Assembly: GCA_900617105.1 (NCBI GenBank)
Contig: UYFQ01000416.1
Span: 62,001-96,589 of the forward strand
Length of the DNA: 34,589 nucleotides
Reading direction: 5' to 3'
Source: Hydrurus foetidus
Taxonomy: Eukaryota
The translations under genes were made by a program, and so were the position numbers. Each line of letters starts with the position of its first letter. Position 1 is the first letter of the stretch. The notes beneath the pieces are model-generated. The model made no database searches and was not told the DNA's origin. It was given only the letters and a program-made list of their open reading frames with translations. Shown piece after piece: positions 34,360-34,589 of this stretch.

Positions 34360-34589
34360 TTATTTATTATCCTCGGGGAAATTTCTACTGCCCCTAATTC
34401 CCCTCTACTCATCCAAACTTTAGTTAAGACTTCCAACACCTGAGTATTATTACTCACGACATCTTTGGAGTCGAAATTCTTAGACGCTCCAAGAACTTAG
34501 TTTTAAGTTAGCGAAAGTTGGGCTTAGCCTCTTTCCTCTTGGAACCCATTATTGGTGTCTCTAAAGTTCGTAGTTGGTTGAATTCGCGA

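Larger units (their letters stand above)
32611..34589 (-). mobile_element. Ty3/Gypsy chromovirus LTR retrotransposon, 3' part (truncated integrase, chromodomain, 3' UTR, PPT, 3' LTR)
   Basis: On the minus strand: integrase-chromodomain ORF, AT-rich UTR, polypurine tract, then an LTR starting TG at 33077 and ending CA at 32611. Whether 34360-34589 belongs to the element is uncertain. Confidence 0.9.

Overview
Eukaryotic nuclear DNA with GT-AG introns, most likely from a photosynthetic ochrophyte (stramenopile alga), inferred from a RedCAP gene with a signal peptide and ASAFAP-type motif. Five genes are supported: a STEAP-type metalloreductase with an internal frameshift (-), a ~15 kb CLU-domain gene with large inserts and a Q/N- and RGG-rich tail (-), RedCAP (-), an intronless ~6-TM orphan membrane protein (+), and a PB1 / STE11-type MAP3K / WD40 fusion (-). 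The last 3.5 kb are repeat-derived: a nested fold-back palindrome, a decayed ORF, and a truncated Ty3/Gypsy chromovirus. The most striking observation is that the chromovirus 3' LTR is itself a 467-bp palindrome (210-bp arms, 1 mismatch) whose symmetry stops exactly at the TG...CA LTR ends next to the polypurine tract. Exon boundaries were inferred by eye and no database searches were run.
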